This document shows positions 13,917 through 25,021 of a DNA stretch of 64,000 nucleotides, piece by piece. The notes under the pieces were generated by a model. The model ran no database searches and was not told the origin of the DNA. It saw nothing but the letters and a program-made list of their open reading frames with translations. Every line of letters begins with the position of its first letter. The first letter of the stretch is position 1. The position numbers and the translations under genes are program-made. The DNA is from Escherichia coli (GTDB taxonomy: Bacteria > Pseudomonadota > Gammaproteobacteria > Enterobacterales > Enterobacteriaceae): NCBI RefSeq assembly GCF_044324785.1, contig NZ_CP172127.1. One strand, 5' to 3'.

Positions 13917-16115
13917 TTATCTCCTGCGCAACAATCTTAACGCATTCGCTGTCACCAGCACCGTCGCACCCGTATCTGCCAGCACTGCCAGCCACAGTCC
14001 GGTCATCCCTAACAGCGTGGTGACGAGGAAGATCCCTTTCAGTCCCAGCGCAATGGTGATGTTCTGGCGGATATTGGCGTGAGTGGCGCGTGCCAGTTCA
14101 ATCATTTGCACCAGGCCGCGCAGGTGGTTATGGGTTAATGCTGCATCGGCGGTTTCCAGCGCCACGTCTGTGCCACTGCCCATTGCAATCCCGATGGCGG
14201 CGGCTTTCATCGCTGGCGCGTCGTTAATACCGTCACCGACCATCGCCAGCGGCGCATGTTGATTCAGCTCGGTCACCGCTTTGACTTTATCTTCCGGCAA
14301 CAGGCCCGCTTTAAACTCCAGCCCCAACTCTCCGGCAATTGCCGCCGCTGCGCGTGGATTATCGCCGGTGAGGATCACCCCTTTGACGCCCAGCGCGTTC
14401 AGTTCACTGATGGCAGTTGCAGCATCGGCGCGTAGGGTATCCTGCAATGCAATTACGCCAAGCACGTCATCGTTACGCACTACCAGCACTACCGTTTGCC
14501 CGGCGCTTTCCAGTTCATTAATCAAACCAGCAAATGCAACAGCCGGATGTTTTCCGGCAGCGCATATCAACACGCGCTCACCGTTAACCTGCGCTTCAAT
14601 GCCAGACCCGACCAGCGCCCGCTGTGATTCGGCGGCGGGAATGGCGAGTTCAGCAACCTGTGCTTCGCGTACGATGGCTTGCGCCAGTGGATGCGTCGCG
14701 CCTTGCTCGACCGCCGCCGCCAGTGTCAGCAGTTCAGATTCACTAATACCCGTTGCCGGATGAATCGCGGTAACGCGCGGTTTACCGACGGTCAGCGTAC
14801 CGGTTTTATCAAACGCCACCTGGGTAACACGACCCAGTTGTTCCAGCGCCGCACCGCCTTTAATCAACGCCCCACGACGCGCTGCTGCCGCCAGCCCGGA
14901 GGTAATCGCCGCGGGCGTGGAGATAACTAACGCACACGGGCAGCCAATCAGCAGCAGCGTCAGGCCTTTATAAATCCACTCTTGCCAGCTGGCGGCAAAC
15001 AGCAGCGGTGGCACCAGCGTTACCAGCAGGGCGACGGCCATAATCGCTGGCGTGTAAATACGGCTGAAACGATCGATAAACCTCTCAATGGGGGCGCGAC
15101 GCTCTTCGGCTTCTTCGATCAGTTTCAGAATCCGGTCAATGGCGCTGGCACCCGGTTCTGACAGCACTTCCAGCGTTACCAGACGGTCTACGCTGGTGGC
15201 TCCTGCAGGAACTTTTTCGCCCGTCGCGCGCTCCACAGGAATGGATTCTCCGGTCAGGGCGCTTTCATCAAAACTGGCAAACGGTGAGAGCAGTTTACCG
15301 TCGGCAGGCAAACGTCCACCTGCGGCGACTTCAATCACATCGCCAGGGCGCAGGCTGTTAATCGCCACCTCTTCACGCTCACCGTTACGCAGGCGCGTGG
15401 CGGTTTCTGGTTTCAGCGCCATTAACGCGCTAACGCCCTGACGCGCGCGGCTGGCGGCCCAGCCTTCCAGTCGTTCACCAATCAAAAACAGCAGCAACAC
15501 CATCGCAGCTTCAGCCGTTGCGCCAATAAACAGTGCACCAATAGCGGCTACGCTCATTAAGGTTTCAATAGCGAAGTAGCTGCCGGATTTGATCAGCCGT
15601 AATGCCTGACGAGCAATCGGGTACAGCCCAACCAGCGTGGTCGCGATAAACGCCAGTTGCCCGAACGGATGATTAAACTGTTCCAGCCCCCAACTGATTG
15701 CCATCAACACGATTAGCGTAATCAGCGGCAAATTCTCTTTCAGGCGTGATGCTTGCGGTTCGTCGGCGGACTGTTCATCGCGCAGGGAATAGCCCGCTTT
15801 TTGCACCGCAGATTCAACTTGTGCACGAATGTCATTGTCGGCATCGACCACCAGTTTTTCGGTGGCGAACAACACCTGCACCTGATTCACGCCTGCAAGC
15901 TGGCGCACGGCATTTTCTACCTTGCGCGCGCAGGCGGCGCAGTCCATGCCGCTGACTTTCCAGCTATAGCGGGTGCCGGAGACGTTTTCAGAGAGCGTTG
16001 GCGTGCTGGAACATGCGCCGTCGCAGCAACAGTCGTTGGTGTTCTGTACCGTAGTTAGCGGTTTGAACGCAGCAAATTGAGGGGCTTTCTTGCCGTGATT
16101 GTCAGGAGTCGACAT
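13917..16115 (-). CDS. zntA: Zn/Cd/Pb-exporting P1B-type ATPase
   Basis: 732 aa with N-terminal metal-binding GMDCAAC, the CPC transmembrane motif, DKTGTLT phosphorylation site and GDGINDAPA hinge. Confidence 0.95.
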   Translation of the reverse strand: MSTPDNHGKKAPQFAAFKPLTTVQNTNDCCCDGACSSTPTLSENVSGTRYSWKVSGMDCAACARKVENAVRQLAGVNQVQVLFATEKLVVDADNDIRAQVESAVQKAGYSLRDEQSADEPQASRLKENLPLITLIVLMAISWGLEQFNHPFGQLAFIATTLVGLYPIARQALRLIKSGSYFAIETLMSVAAIGALFIGATAEAAMVLLLFLIGERLEGWAASRARQGVSALMALKPETATRLRNGEREEVAINSLRPGDVIEVAAGGRLPADGKLLSPFASFDESALTGESIPVERATGEKVPAGATSVDRLVTLEVLSEPGASAIDRILKLIEEAEERRAPIERFIDRFSRIYTPAIMAVALLVTLVPPLLFAASWQEWIYKGLTLLLIGCPCALVISTPAAITSGLAAAARRGALIKGGAALEQLGRVTQVAFDKTGTLTVGKPRVTAIHPATGISESELLTLAAAVEQGATHPLAQAIVREAQVAELAIPAAESQRALVGSGIEAQVNGERVLICAAGKHPAVAFAGLINELESAGQTVVLVVRNDDVLGVIALQDTLRADAATAISELNALGVKGVILTGDNPRAAAAIAGELGLEFKAGLLPEDKVKAVTELNQHAPLAMVGDGINDAPAMKAAAIGIAMGSGTDVALETADAALTHNHLRGLVQMIELARATHANIRQNITIALGLKGIFLVTTLLGMTGLWLAVLADTGATVLVTANALRLLRRR

Positions 16116-16150
16116 GGCATCCTCCGGTTAAGTTTTTTCTCATTAACCGA

Positions 16151-16182
16151 AGGATACACTCTGGAGTCGACTCCAGAGTCAA
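16151..16182 (-). promoter_or_regulatory. zntA promoter with ZntR (MerR-type) operator
   Basis: On the coding strand: TTGACT, then a 20-nt spacer, then TATCCT. The spacer carries the perfect palindrome ACTCTGGAGTCGACTCCAGAGT (16158..16179), the long-spacer architecture typical of MerR-family promoters. Confidence 0.8.
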
Positions 16183-16188
16183 GTTTTA

Positions 16189-16815
16189 TCAGAGATACAG
16201 CGAGCGGACGATGAGGAAGTGACCGGCAAAGTAGCAGGCCGCAGCAATCGCGTTATCTGCCCGGAAGCGGCGGCGATAGTGGCTACCCAGCCAGACAAAG
16301 TTACTGATAAACAGCAATGAAGCGCCAACAAACGCAGAGAGCGCCGGAGCGGTCGGACGGAAGAACCACAGTTCACCTGCCAGCCACACCATCACCAGCG
16401 TCATGCCGATAAACGTGCAGATAGGCCAACGATACTCTTCCAGCCGCGTCCAGATAATCGCCAGTAACAGAGCACCCAGAACCAGCAACACCAGTGGCAG
16501 AGGCCAGAAGAAAGAGAGCGTCATCTGACTGGCGAAATAGATGGTGTACAGCAGGTGCGAGAGGAAAAACGCGCCGATGGCGTACATCAGACGTTGACGT
16601 GGCAACAGGGTTAGCGCATCGCCCAGCAGTGAGGCGCACAGTCCCGCCAGCACCAGATAGCTAATGGCGTCGAACATTGGCGCTTGCCAGGCCAGTAACA
16701 GCAGGAGAAGAAGGGTTAACGGTTTAAATACCCAGCGTTGCCAGGTTGGCCCACGATACGATGCATCCACAGATAGCCATGCGGAAAGACAGACAGCGAT
16801 AAACGACCAAAGCAT
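16189..16815 (-). CDS. yhhN: YhhN-family membrane protein
   Basis: 208-aa hydrophobic ORF in the K-12 position. Confidence 0.85.
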
Positions 16816-16955
16816 CTTAGTTCCTTGAATTCGTTATTTTTTCGTAAGCGGAATGCCTACGGTCTTGCTTCCAGTTTAGTGGCGAGGGTGGACGGATGAC
16901 AACACCATAACTGGCAGGGTATGCTTAATTCCGCATTTTCCGATGAGGGATAAAG

Positions 16956-17315
16956 ATGAGCAAACCACCTCTTTTCTTTATTGTTATCATTGGCTTAATC
17001 ATCGTCGCCGCATCGTTTCGTTTTATGCAACAGCGACGGGAAAAAGCTGATAATGATATGGCACCGCTCCAGCAAAAGCTGGTGGTGGTGAGCAATAAGC
17101 GGGAAAAACCGATTAACGATCGCCGTTCGCGCCAGCAGGAAGTGACTCCGGCAGGCACCAGTATGCGCTATGAGGCAAGTTTCAAACCGCAAAGCGGAGG
17201 AATTGAGCAGACGTTTCGCCTCGACGCCCAGCAGTACCATGCCCTGACAGTGGGCGATAAAGGTACGCTGAGCTATAAAGGAACGCGCTTTGTCAGCTTT
17301 GTTGGCGAACAATAA
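16956..17315 (+). CDS. yhhM: DUF2500 protein YhhM
   Basis: 119 aa with one N-terminal TM segment; synteny. Confidence 0.8.
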   Translation: MSKPPLFFIVIIGLIIVAASFRFMQQRREKADNDMAPLQQKLVVVSNKREKPINDRRSRQQEVTPAGTSMRYEASFKPQSGGIEQTFRLDAQQYHALTVGDKGTLSYKGTRFVSFVGEQ

Positions 17316-17317
17316 GG

Positions 17318-17587
17318 TTATTTTTTAACTTTAAATTTCTTCTGCCAGACCAGCAGTTCAAACACGCCGAAAAGGAAAATCCGCACCTTTTCGGCGGTGG
17401 TCATCTGCGGGCCATCTTTCGGTAAAGTGGATTTCAACAGCGCCAGCTGCATACCATGCATCAGCACGGTAAAAATCAGCGCCACGTTAACGAAAATATT
17501 CAGCGGACGCGGGAAGGGATGCACCAGGTTGAGGATTAAAAATCCCCAAACGCAGAGCATTAACAAACGTCCAATATTAATCAACAT
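17318..17587 (-). CDS. yhhL: Small membrane protein YhhL (DUF1145)
   Basis: Start at MLINIGRLLMLCVW gives the expected 89 aa. The supplied 130-aa ORF extends upstream into rsmD. Confidence 0.7.
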   Translation of the reverse strand: MLINIGRLLMLCVWGFLILNLVHPFPRPLNIFVNVALIFTVLMHGMQLALLKSTLPKDGPQMTTAEKVRIFLFGVFELLVWQKKFKVKK

Positions 17588-18173
17588 CACTTTCTCCTTG
17601 TGCTTCGCGTTGATACAGCCGATAAGCCACCTGACCCGCCACTTTTTCCCGATGTAATGACCAGTTTGCCGGAACAGTGGGCAGACCGTTTTCGACTTCG
17701 CTTTCGACATAAATCAGGGCTTCGTCAGCCAGCCAGCCGTTATCTTCCAGTAAATTTATCGTCTCTTCTAACAAGCCACGGCGGAACGGTGGATCGACAA
17801 ACACGATATTATGCGGTGTGCCTTTTTGTGCCAGGAATGACATCGCGTTGCTGTTCACCACGCGCGCATTGCCTGCTTTTAGTGTCGCCAGATTCTTAAT
17901 TAACTGCTGAGAAACTGCACGATCCATCTCAATCAACGTGGCCCCCGCAGCGTAGCGCGATAACGCTTCCAGCCCCAGCGCGCCGCTCCCGGCGAAGCAA
18001 TCCAGACATTGGGCGTCAACAATGACCGGAGCCAGCCAGTTAAACAACGTTTCGCGTACGCGGTCGGTGGTGGGGCGCAGACCTGGACTATCAGGAACCG
18101 GGAGTTTACGGCCTCGCCACTGCCCGCCAATAATGCGGATTTGGCCGCTGCCGGAATGATTCGGTTTTTTCAT
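17577..18173 (-). CDS. rsmD: 16S rRNA m2G966 methyltransferase RsmD
   Basis: 198 aa with DxFxGxG SAM-binding motif (LDCFAGSGALG) and DPPF motif (VFVDPPF). Confidence 0.9.
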   Translation of the reverse strand: MKKPNHSGSGQIRIIGGQWRGRKLPVPDSPGLRPTTDRVRETLFNWLAPVIVDAQCLDCFAGSGALGLEALSRYAAGATLIEMDRAVSQQLIKNLATLKAGNARVVNSNAMSFLAQKGTPHNIVFVDPPFRRGLLEETINLLEDNGWLADEALIYVESEVENGLPTVPANWSLHREKVAGQVAYRLYQREAQGESDVD

Positions 18174-18322
18174 GATAAATTGCTCAATCCGCCAGATAAC
18201 ACATACTTGCAGGCGGTGATGTGAATTAAGTTAAGTGATAGACTATTTCATCATTTTTTTAGCTGCTATGTACATAGCGTTAACGCTGTGCCATGAAGCA
18301 ACAGCGAGGAGTGTAGTCGCAA

Positions 18323-19819
18323 ATGGCGAAAGAAAAAAAACGTGGCTTTTTTTCCTGGCTGGGCTTTGGTCAAAAAGAGCAGACCCCGGAAAAAGAGACA
18401 GAAGTTCAGAATGAACAACCGGTTGTAGAAGAAATCGTTCAGGCGCAAGAGCCTGCGAAGGCTTCTGAACAAGCCGTTGAAGAGCAGCCGCAGGCGCATA
18501 CTGAAGCCGAGGCGGAAACTTTTGCTGCCGAAGTTGTGGAAGTCACTGAACAGGTTGCTGAAAGTGAAAAAGCGCAGCCTGAAGCGGAAGTCGTTGCACA
18601 GCCGGAACCGGTCGTAGAAGAAACGCCGGAGCCAGTGGCTATCGAGCGTGAAGAGCTGCCGTTGCCGGAGGACGTCAACGCCGAAGAGGTTTCGCCAGAA
18701 GAGTGGCAGGCCGAAGCGGAAACCGTAGAGATTGTCGAAGCGGCGGAAGAAGAAGCGGCTAAAGAAGAAATCACCGACGAAGAGCTGGAAGCACAGGCGC
18801 TGGCTGCCGAAGCGGCAGAAGAAGCGGTGATAGTGGTTCCTCCGGCAGAAGAAGAGCAGCCGGTGGAAGAAATCGCTCAGGAGCAGGAAAAACCAACCAA
18901 AGAAGGTTTCTTCGCGCGCCTGAAACGCAGCCTGTTAAAAACCAAAGAAAATCTCGGTTCCGGATTTATCAGCCTGTTCCGCGGTAAAAAAATCGACGAT
19001 GATCTGTTTGAAGAGCTGGAAGAACAGCTGTTGATCGCCGATGTGGGCGTGGAAACCACACGTAAAATTATCACCAATCTGACGGAAGGCGCATCCCGCA
19101 AGCAGCTTCGTGATGCCGAGGCGCTTTATGGCCTGCTGAAAGAAGAGATGGGCGAGATTCTGGCGAAAGTCGATGAGCCGCTGAATGTTGAAGGTAAAAC
19201 GCCGTTCGTGATCCTGATGGTGGGCGTCAACGGTGTGGGTAAAACCACGACGATTGGTAAGCTGGCACGTCAGTTTGAGCAGCAGGGTAAATCGGTGATG
19301 CTGGCGGCGGGCGATACTTTCCGTGCAGCAGCGGTTGAACAGCTTCAGGTCTGGGGTCAGCGCAACAATATTCCGGTGATTGCCCAGCATACCGGTGCGG
19401 ATTCCGCCTCTGTTATCTTCGACGCCATTCAGGCAGCTAAAGCGCGTAATATCGACGTCTTGATTGCCGATACCGCCGGACGCCTGCAGAACAAATCGCA
19501 CCTGATGGAAGAGTTGAAGAAAATCGTCCGCGTGATGAAGAAACTCGACGTTGAAGCGCCGCATGAAGTTATGCTGACTATCGATGCCAGCACCGGGCAG
19601 AACGCGGTAAGCCAGGCCAAACTGTTCCACGAAGCCGTTGGCTTAACCGGCATCACGCTAACGAAACTGGACGGCACGGCGAAAGGCGGGGTAATTTTCT
19701 CGGTGGCTGACCAGTTTGGTATCCCTATCCGCTATATTGGTGTCGGCGAACGTATTGAGGATTTGCGTCCGTTTAAGGCGGACGACTTTATAGAGGCACT
19801 TTTTGCCCGAGAGGATTAA
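18323..19819 (+). CDS. ftsY: Signal-recognition-particle receptor FtsY
   Basis: Acidic low-complexity N-terminal domain followed by an SRP-GTPase domain (GVNGVGKTT, DTAGR, TKLD). Confidence 0.95.
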   Translation: MAKEKKRGFFSWLGFGQKEQTPEKETEVQNEQPVVEEIVQAQEPAKASEQAVEEQPQAHTEAEAETFAAEVVEVTEQVAESEKAQPEAEVVAQPEPVVEETPEPVAIEREELPLPEDVNAEEVSPEEWQAEAETVEIVEAAEEEAAKEEITDEELEAQALAAEAAEEAVIVVPPAEEEQPVEEIAQEQEKPTKEGFFARLKRSLLKTKENLGSGFISLFRGKKIDDDLFEELEEQLLIADVGVETTRKIITNLTEGASRKQLRDAEALYGLLKEEMGEILAKVDEPLNVEGKTPFVILMVGVNGVGKTTTIGKLARQFEQQGKSVMLAAGDTFRAAAVEQLQVWGQRNNIPVIAQHTGADSASVIFDAIQAAKARNIDVLIADTAGRLQNKSHLMEELKKIVRVMKKLDVEAPHEVMLTIDASTGQNAVSQAKLFHEAVGLTGITLTKLDGTAKGGVIFSVADQFGIPIRYIGVGERIEDLRPFKADDFIEALFARED

Positions 19820-19821
19820 CA

Positions 19822-20490
19822 ATGATTCGCTTTGAACATGTCAGCAAGGCTTATCTCGGTGGGAGACAGGCGCTGCAGGGCGTTACGTTCCATATGCAGC
19901 CGGGTGAGATGGCGTTTCTGACCGGTCATTCCGGCGCAGGGAAAAGTACCCTCCTGAAGCTGATCTGTGGGATTGAGCGGCCCAGCGCCGGGAAAATCTG
20001 GTTTAGCGGCCATGACATCACGCGTCTGAAAAACCGTGAAGTTCCGTTTCTGCGCCGCCAGATTGGCATGATTTTCCAGGATCACCATCTCCTGATGGAC
20101 CGTACTGTCTACGATAATGTGGCGATCCCGCTGATTATCGCCGGTGCCAGCGGTGACGATATTCGTCGCCGGGTGTCGGCGGCGCTGGATAAAGTCGGGC
20201 TACTGGACAAAGCGAAGAACTTTCCTATTCAGCTTTCCGGCGGTGAACAACAGCGTGTTGGCATTGCCCGCGCGGTGGTGAATAAGCCCGCGGTACTGCT
20301 GGCGGACGAACCGACTGGTAACCTGGACGACGCGTTGTCGGAAGGCATTTTACGTCTGTTTGAAGAGTTTAACCGCGTTGGGGTAACCGTATTGATGGCA
20401 ACGCACGACATCAACCTGATTTCACGGCGTTCCTATCGCATGCTCACCCTGAGCGATGGTCACTTGCATGGAGGCGTGGGCCATGAATAA
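19822..20490 (+). CDS. ftsE: Cell-division ABC ATPase FtsE
   Basis: 222 aa with Walker A (GHSGAGKST) and signature (LSGGEQQR). Confidence 0.95.
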
Positions 20491-21541
20491 GCGCGATGCA
20501 ATCAATCATATTCGGCAGTTTGGCGGGCGTCTTGATCGCTTCCGTAAATCGGTCGGCGGCTCAGGCGACGGCGGTCGTAACGCGCCGAAACGCGCGAAAT
20601 CCTCGCCAAAACCGGTAAATCGCAAAACCAACGTTTTCAACGAACAGGTGCGCTATGCCTTCCACGGCGCATTGCAGGATCTGAAAAGCAAACCGTTCGC
20701 CACGTTTTTAACGGTGATGGTTATCGCCATCTCCCTGACGCTGCCCAGCGTCTGTTATATGGTGTACAAAAACGTTAACCAGGCGGCGACGCAATATTAT
20801 CCGTCACCGCAAATCACTGTTTACTTGCAAAAAACGCTGGACGATGACGCCGCTGCGGGCGTGGTGGCACAGTTGCAGGCCGAGCAAGGCGTGGAGAAAG
20901 TGAACTATCTTTCTCGTGAAGACGCGCTGGGCGAGTTCCGTAACTGGTCTGGTTTTGGTGGTGCGCTGGATATGCTGGAAGAAAACCCACTTCCGGCAGT
21001 GGCGGTGGTGATCCCGAAGCTCGACTTTCAGGGGACGGAGTCTCTGAATACGCTGCGTGATCGTATCACGCAGATCAACGGCATTGACGAAGTGCGGATG
21101 GATGACAGCTGGTTTGCCCGTCTGGCGGCGTTGACCGGGCTGGTCGGGCGCGTTTCGGCGATGATCGGCGTGTTGATGGTGGCGGCAGTGTTTCTCGTCA
21201 TCGGTAACAGTGTACGCCTGAGCATCTTTGCTCGCCGTGACTCCATTAACGTACAAAAACTGATTGGTGCGACGGATGGTTTCATCCTGCGCCCGTTCCT
21301 GTACGGAGGCGCATTGCTGGGATTTTCTGGCGCATTGCTGTCATTAATTTTGTCAGAAATTCTGGTACTGCGTTTGTCATCGGCGGTTGCGGAAGTGGCA
21401 CAGGTTTTCGGAACAAAGTTTGATATCAATGGCTTATCGTTCGATGAATGCCTGCTGTTGCTGCTGGTATGCTCGATGATTGGCTGGGTGGCAGCGTGGC
21501 TTGCCACGGTACAACATTTACGCCACTTTACGCCTGAATAA
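20483..21541 (+). CDS. ftsX: Cell-division ABC permease-like protein FtsX
   Basis: Start at [15 protein letters not shown] gives 352 aa; ATGAATAA overlap with the ftsE stop. Confidence 0.92.
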
Positions 21542-21665
21542 TAAAAGCGTGTTATACTCTTTCCCTGCAATGGGTTCCGTAGCAGGGAAAGAGACCCCGT
21601 TGTCTCTTCCCGGTATTTCATCTCTATGTCACATTTTGTGCGTAATTTATTCACAAGCTTGCATT

Positions 21666-21692
21666 GAACTTGTGGATAAAATCACGGTCTGA
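21666..21692 (+). promoter_or_regulatory. rpoH sigma-E-dependent promoter (P3) with embedded DnaA box
   Basis: GAACTT-N16-TCTGA matches the sigma-E -35/-10 pattern; the spacer contains TGTGGATAA (21672..21680), the reverse complement of the DnaA box TTATCCACA. Confidence 0.7.
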
Positions 21693-21785
21693 TAAAACAG
21701 TGAATGATAATCTCGTTGCTCTTAAGCTCTGGCACAGTTGTTGCTACCACTGAAGCGCCAGAAGATATCGATTGAGAGGATTTGA

Positions 21786-22640
21786 ATGACTGACAAAATG
21801 CAAAGTTTAGCTTTAGCCCCAGTTGGCAACCTGGATTCCTACATCCGGGCAGCTAACGCGTGGCCGATGTTGTCGGCTGACGAGGAGCGGGCGCTGGCTG
21901 AAAAGCTGCATTACCATGGCGATCTGGAAGCAGCTAAAACGCTGATCCTGTCTCACCTGCGGTTTGTTGTTCATATTGCTCGTAATTATGCGGGCTATGG
22001 CCTGCCACAGGCGGATTTGATTCAGGAAGGTAACATCGGCCTGATGAAAGCAGTGCGCCGTTTCAACCCGGAAGTGGGTGTGCGCCTGGTCTCCTTCGCC
22101 GTCCACTGGATCAAAGCAGAGATCCACGAATACGTTCTGCGTAACTGGCGTATCGTCAAAGTTGCGACCACCAAAGCGCAGCGCAAACTGTTCTTCAACC
22201 TGCGTAAAACCAAGCAGCGTCTGGGCTGGTTTAACCAGGATGAAGTCGAAATGGTGGCCCGTGAACTGGGCGTAACCAGCAAAGACGTACGTGAGATGGA
22301 GTCGCGTATGGCGGCACAGGACATGACCTTTGACCTGTCTTCCGACGACGATTCCGACAGCCAGCCGATGGCTCCGGTGCTCTATCTGCAGGATAAATCA
22401 TCTAACTTTGCTGACGGCATTGAAGATGATAACTGGGAAGAGCAGGCGGCAAACCGTCTGACCGACGCGATGCAAGGTCTGGACGAGCGTAGCCAGGATA
22501 TCATCCGCGCGCGCTGGCTGGACGAAGACAACAAGTCCACGTTGCAGGAACTGGCTGACCGTTACGGTGTTTCCGCTGAGCGTGTGCGCCAGCTGGAAAA
22601 GAACGCGATGAAAAAACTTCGCGCTGCCATTGAAGCGTAA
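21786..22640 (+). CDS. rpoH: RNA polymerase sigma-32 heat-shock factor
   Basis: 284 aa beginning [68 protein letters not shown]. Confidence 0.97.
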   Translation: MTDKMQSLALAPVGNLDSYIRAANAWPMLSADEERALAEKLHYHGDLEAAKTLILSHLRFVVHIARNYAGYGLPQADLIQEGNIGLMKAVRRFNPEVGVRLVSFAVHWIKAEIHEYVLRNWRIVKVATTKAQRKLFFNLRKTKQRLGWFNQDEVEMVARELGVTSKDVREMESRMAAQDMTFDLSSDDDSDSQPMAPVLYLQDKSSNFADGIEDDNWEEQAANRLTDAMQGLDERSQDIIRARWLDEDNKSTLQELADRYGVSAERVRQLEKNAMKKLRAAIEA

Positions 22641-22658
22641 TTTCCGCTACTAAGCAGA

Positions 22659-22692
22659 GAACCCTGGATGAGAATCCGGGGTTTTTGTTTTT
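22659..22692 (+). terminator. rpoH intrinsic terminator
   Basis: AACCCTGG / CCGGGGTT stem (one G-U pair) with an 8-nt loop, followed by TTTTTGTTTTTT. Confidence 0.7.
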
Positions 22693-22911
22693 TGGGCCTC
22701 TGCAATAATCAGTTTCCCCCTCCGGCAAAACGCCAATCCCCACGCAGATTGTTAATAAACTGTCAAAATAGCTATTCCAATATCATAAAAATCGGGTATG
22801 TTTTAGCAGAGTATGCTGCTAAAGCACGGGTAGTCATGCATAAAACGAAATAAAGTGCTGAACAACAACATCACAACACACGTAATAACCAGAAGAATGG
22901 GGAACCTCAGG

Positions 22912-24015
22912 ATGAACATGAAGGGTAAAGCGTTACTGGCAGGATGTATCGCGCTGGCATTCAGCAATATGGCTCTGGCAGAAGATATTAAAGTCGCGGT
23001 CGTGGGCGCAATGTCCGGTCCGGTGGCCCAGTACGGTGACCAGGAGTTTACTGGTGCTGAGCAGGCGGTTGCGGATATCAATGCTAAAGGTGGTATCAAA
23101 GGCAACAAACTGCAAATCGTGAAATATGACGATGCCTGTGACCCGAAACAGGCGGTTGCGGTGGCGAACAAAGTCGTTAACGACGGCATTAAATATGTGA
23201 TTGGTCACCTCTGTTCTTCATCAACGCAGCCAGCGTCAGACATCTATGAAGATGAAGGCATTTTAATGATCACCCCAGCGGCAACCGCGCCAGAGCTGAC
23301 CGCTCGTGGCTATCAGCTGATCCTGCGCACTACCGGCCTGGACTCCGACCAGGGACCGACGGCGGCGAAATATATTCTTGAGAAAGTGAAACCGCAGCGT
23401 ATTGCTATCGTTCACGACAAACAGCAGTACGGCGAAGGTCTGGCGCGTGCGGTGCAGGACGGCCTGAAGAAAGGCAATGCTAACGTGGTGTTCTTTGATG
23501 GCATCACCGCCGGGGAAAAAGATTTCTCTACGCTGGTGGCGCGTCTGAAAAAAGAGAATATCGACTTCGTTTACTACGGCGGTTATCACCCGGAAATGGG
23601 GCAAATCCTGCGTCAGGCACGCGCGGCAGGGTTGAAAACTCAGTTTATGGGGCCGGAAGGTGTGGCTAACGTTTCGCTGTCTAACATTGCGGGCGAATCA
23701 GCGGAAGGGCTGCTGGTGACCAAGCCGAAGAACTACGATCAGGTTCCGGCGAACAAACCCATTGTTGATGCGATCAAAGCGAAAAAACAGGACCCAAGCG
23801 GCGCATTCGTTTGGACCACCTACGCCGCGCTGCAATCTTTGCAGGCGGGCCTGAATCAGTCTGACGATCCGGCAGAAATCGCCAAATACCTGAAAGCGAA
23901 CTCCGTGGATACGGTGATGGGGCCGCTGACCTGGGATGAGAAAGGCGATCTGAAAGGCTTTGAGTTCGGCGTATTTGACTGGCACGCCAACGGCACGGCG
24001 ACCGATGCGAAGTAA
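22912..24015 (+). CDS. livJ: Periplasmic Leu/Ile/Val-binding protein LivJ
   Basis: Start at [23 protein letters not shown] (signal peptide) gives 367 aa; about 80 percent identical to the livK product in this window. Confidence 0.92.
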   Translation: MNMKGKALLAGCIALAFSNMALAEDIKVAVVGAMSGPVAQYGDQEFTGAEQAVADINAKGGIKGNKLQIVKYDDACDPKQAVAVANKVVNDGIKYVIGHLCSSSTQPASDIYEDEGILMITPAATAPELTARGYQLILRTTGLDSDQGPTAAKYILEKVKPQRIAIVHDKQQYGEGLARAVQDGLKKGNANVVFFDGITAGEKDFSTLVARLKKENIDFVYYGGYHPEMGQILRQARAAGLKTQFMGPEGVANVSLSNIAGESAEGLLVTKPKNYDQVPANKPIVDAIKAKKQDPSGAFVWTTYAALQSLQAGLNQSDDPAEIAKYLKANSVDTVMGPLTWDEKGDLKGFEFGVFDWHANGTATDAK

Positions 24016-24074
24016 TCATTAATCGGCAACTTGGAGTTGCCGCCAAATTGCTAATATCGAGTACGTTGCTTCAT

Positions 24075-24173
24075 GCCGGATGCGGCGTATACGCCTTATC
24101 CGGCCTACAAGATCCAAAGAAATCAGTAAATTGCAGCACACATTGTAGGCCTGATAAGCGTAGCGCATCAGGC
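24075..24173. repeat. REP/BIME element (two inverted REP units)
   Basis: GCCGGATGCGGCGTATACGCCTTATCCGGCCTACA and the inverted TGTAGGCCTGATAAGCGTAGCGCATCAGGCA match the classic E. coli REP (PU) consensus. Confidence 0.8.
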
Positions 24174-24214
24174 AATTTCTCGTTGGTCGTCACTTTTGAA
24201 ATCAAACTTGACGA

Positions 24215-24598
24215 TTAACGCTTCTCCCAGCCGCCCTGTTGTGCCGTAAACCCCAGTGCCTGCATAAACGCTGTCATCACGCCGCGATCTTCCACGCCAG
24301 CATCCGCCATCCACCAATATGAAACGCCAGGATTGTTACGCAAAACCTCTTCCAGCAGATATTGCCCCACACCGCGACGGCGGGTGACTTCCCTCACACG
24401 CAGGGAATTCAGTGCCCCCTCGGTGCCGCTTAAGGTTACCCGCACGGCCGCGAGAAGGCGCTCGTTAAAACGCGCGGCGTAGATACGGTGGTTATCGTCA
24501 ACCTGTAAAGAGGAAGGGGAATACTCCGGCCAGATCTTTTGCAGGTCAATCCGGTCCTGGTCGCTAAAGTTTTCTAATCGAATGATGGTCAGCTTCAT
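24215..24598 (-). CDS. panM: PanD maturation factor PanM (PanZ), GNAT fold
   Basis: 127-aa ORF between livJ and livK in the yhhK position. Confidence 0.85.
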   Translation of the reverse strand: MKLTIIRLENFSDQDRIDLQKIWPEYSPSSLQVDDNHRIYAARFNERLLAAVRVTLSGTEGALNSLRVREVTRRRGVGQYLLEEVLRNNPGVSYWWMADAGVEDRGVMTAFMQALGFTAQQGGWEKR

Positions 24599-25021
24599 GG
24601 GTAACCCGTGTAAATCACAAAAGTGGAACCAGTGTAGCGAAATAATTTAATCGGAGGCTTTCTCTTTTTTAATTCTTTTGGCAGGTGATTAATTTTTTTT
24701 CAGCAATAATTACAAAGTTAAAACATTAGAGAATGAAAAATACCCAGCATAATCCCCTGAATGGTAGTGAATTATTCCGCCCTTTGTACCGTTATTTTAT
24801 GCTGACAACGGCGCTTTTTTCTGTTTATCTATCAATAAATTCAGAATATTATCTGTTCTTAATCGACTGAAAAATAGGGATTTTAATCGCTATCATCACA
24901 AAATACTGCGCTAAACCCTTAATCAGACAGGCAAAAACAGTGCAGTATAAAAAAAGAACAGTCTGATTTGTTAACACATAAGAACAAAGCAACACAACAT
25001 CACGAATGGGGATTTTTGACT

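Noticed and set aside
14281-15441. Plus-strand ORFs of 83 to 160 aa inside zntA
   Set aside because: Antisense to a well-supported 732-aa P-type ATPase gene, with no Shine-Dalgarno support and biased composition.
18439-18774. 111-aa Ser/Ala/Thr-rich minus-strand ORF
   Set aside because: Antisense to the GAA/GCG-rich acidic N-domain of ftsY; a compositional artefact.
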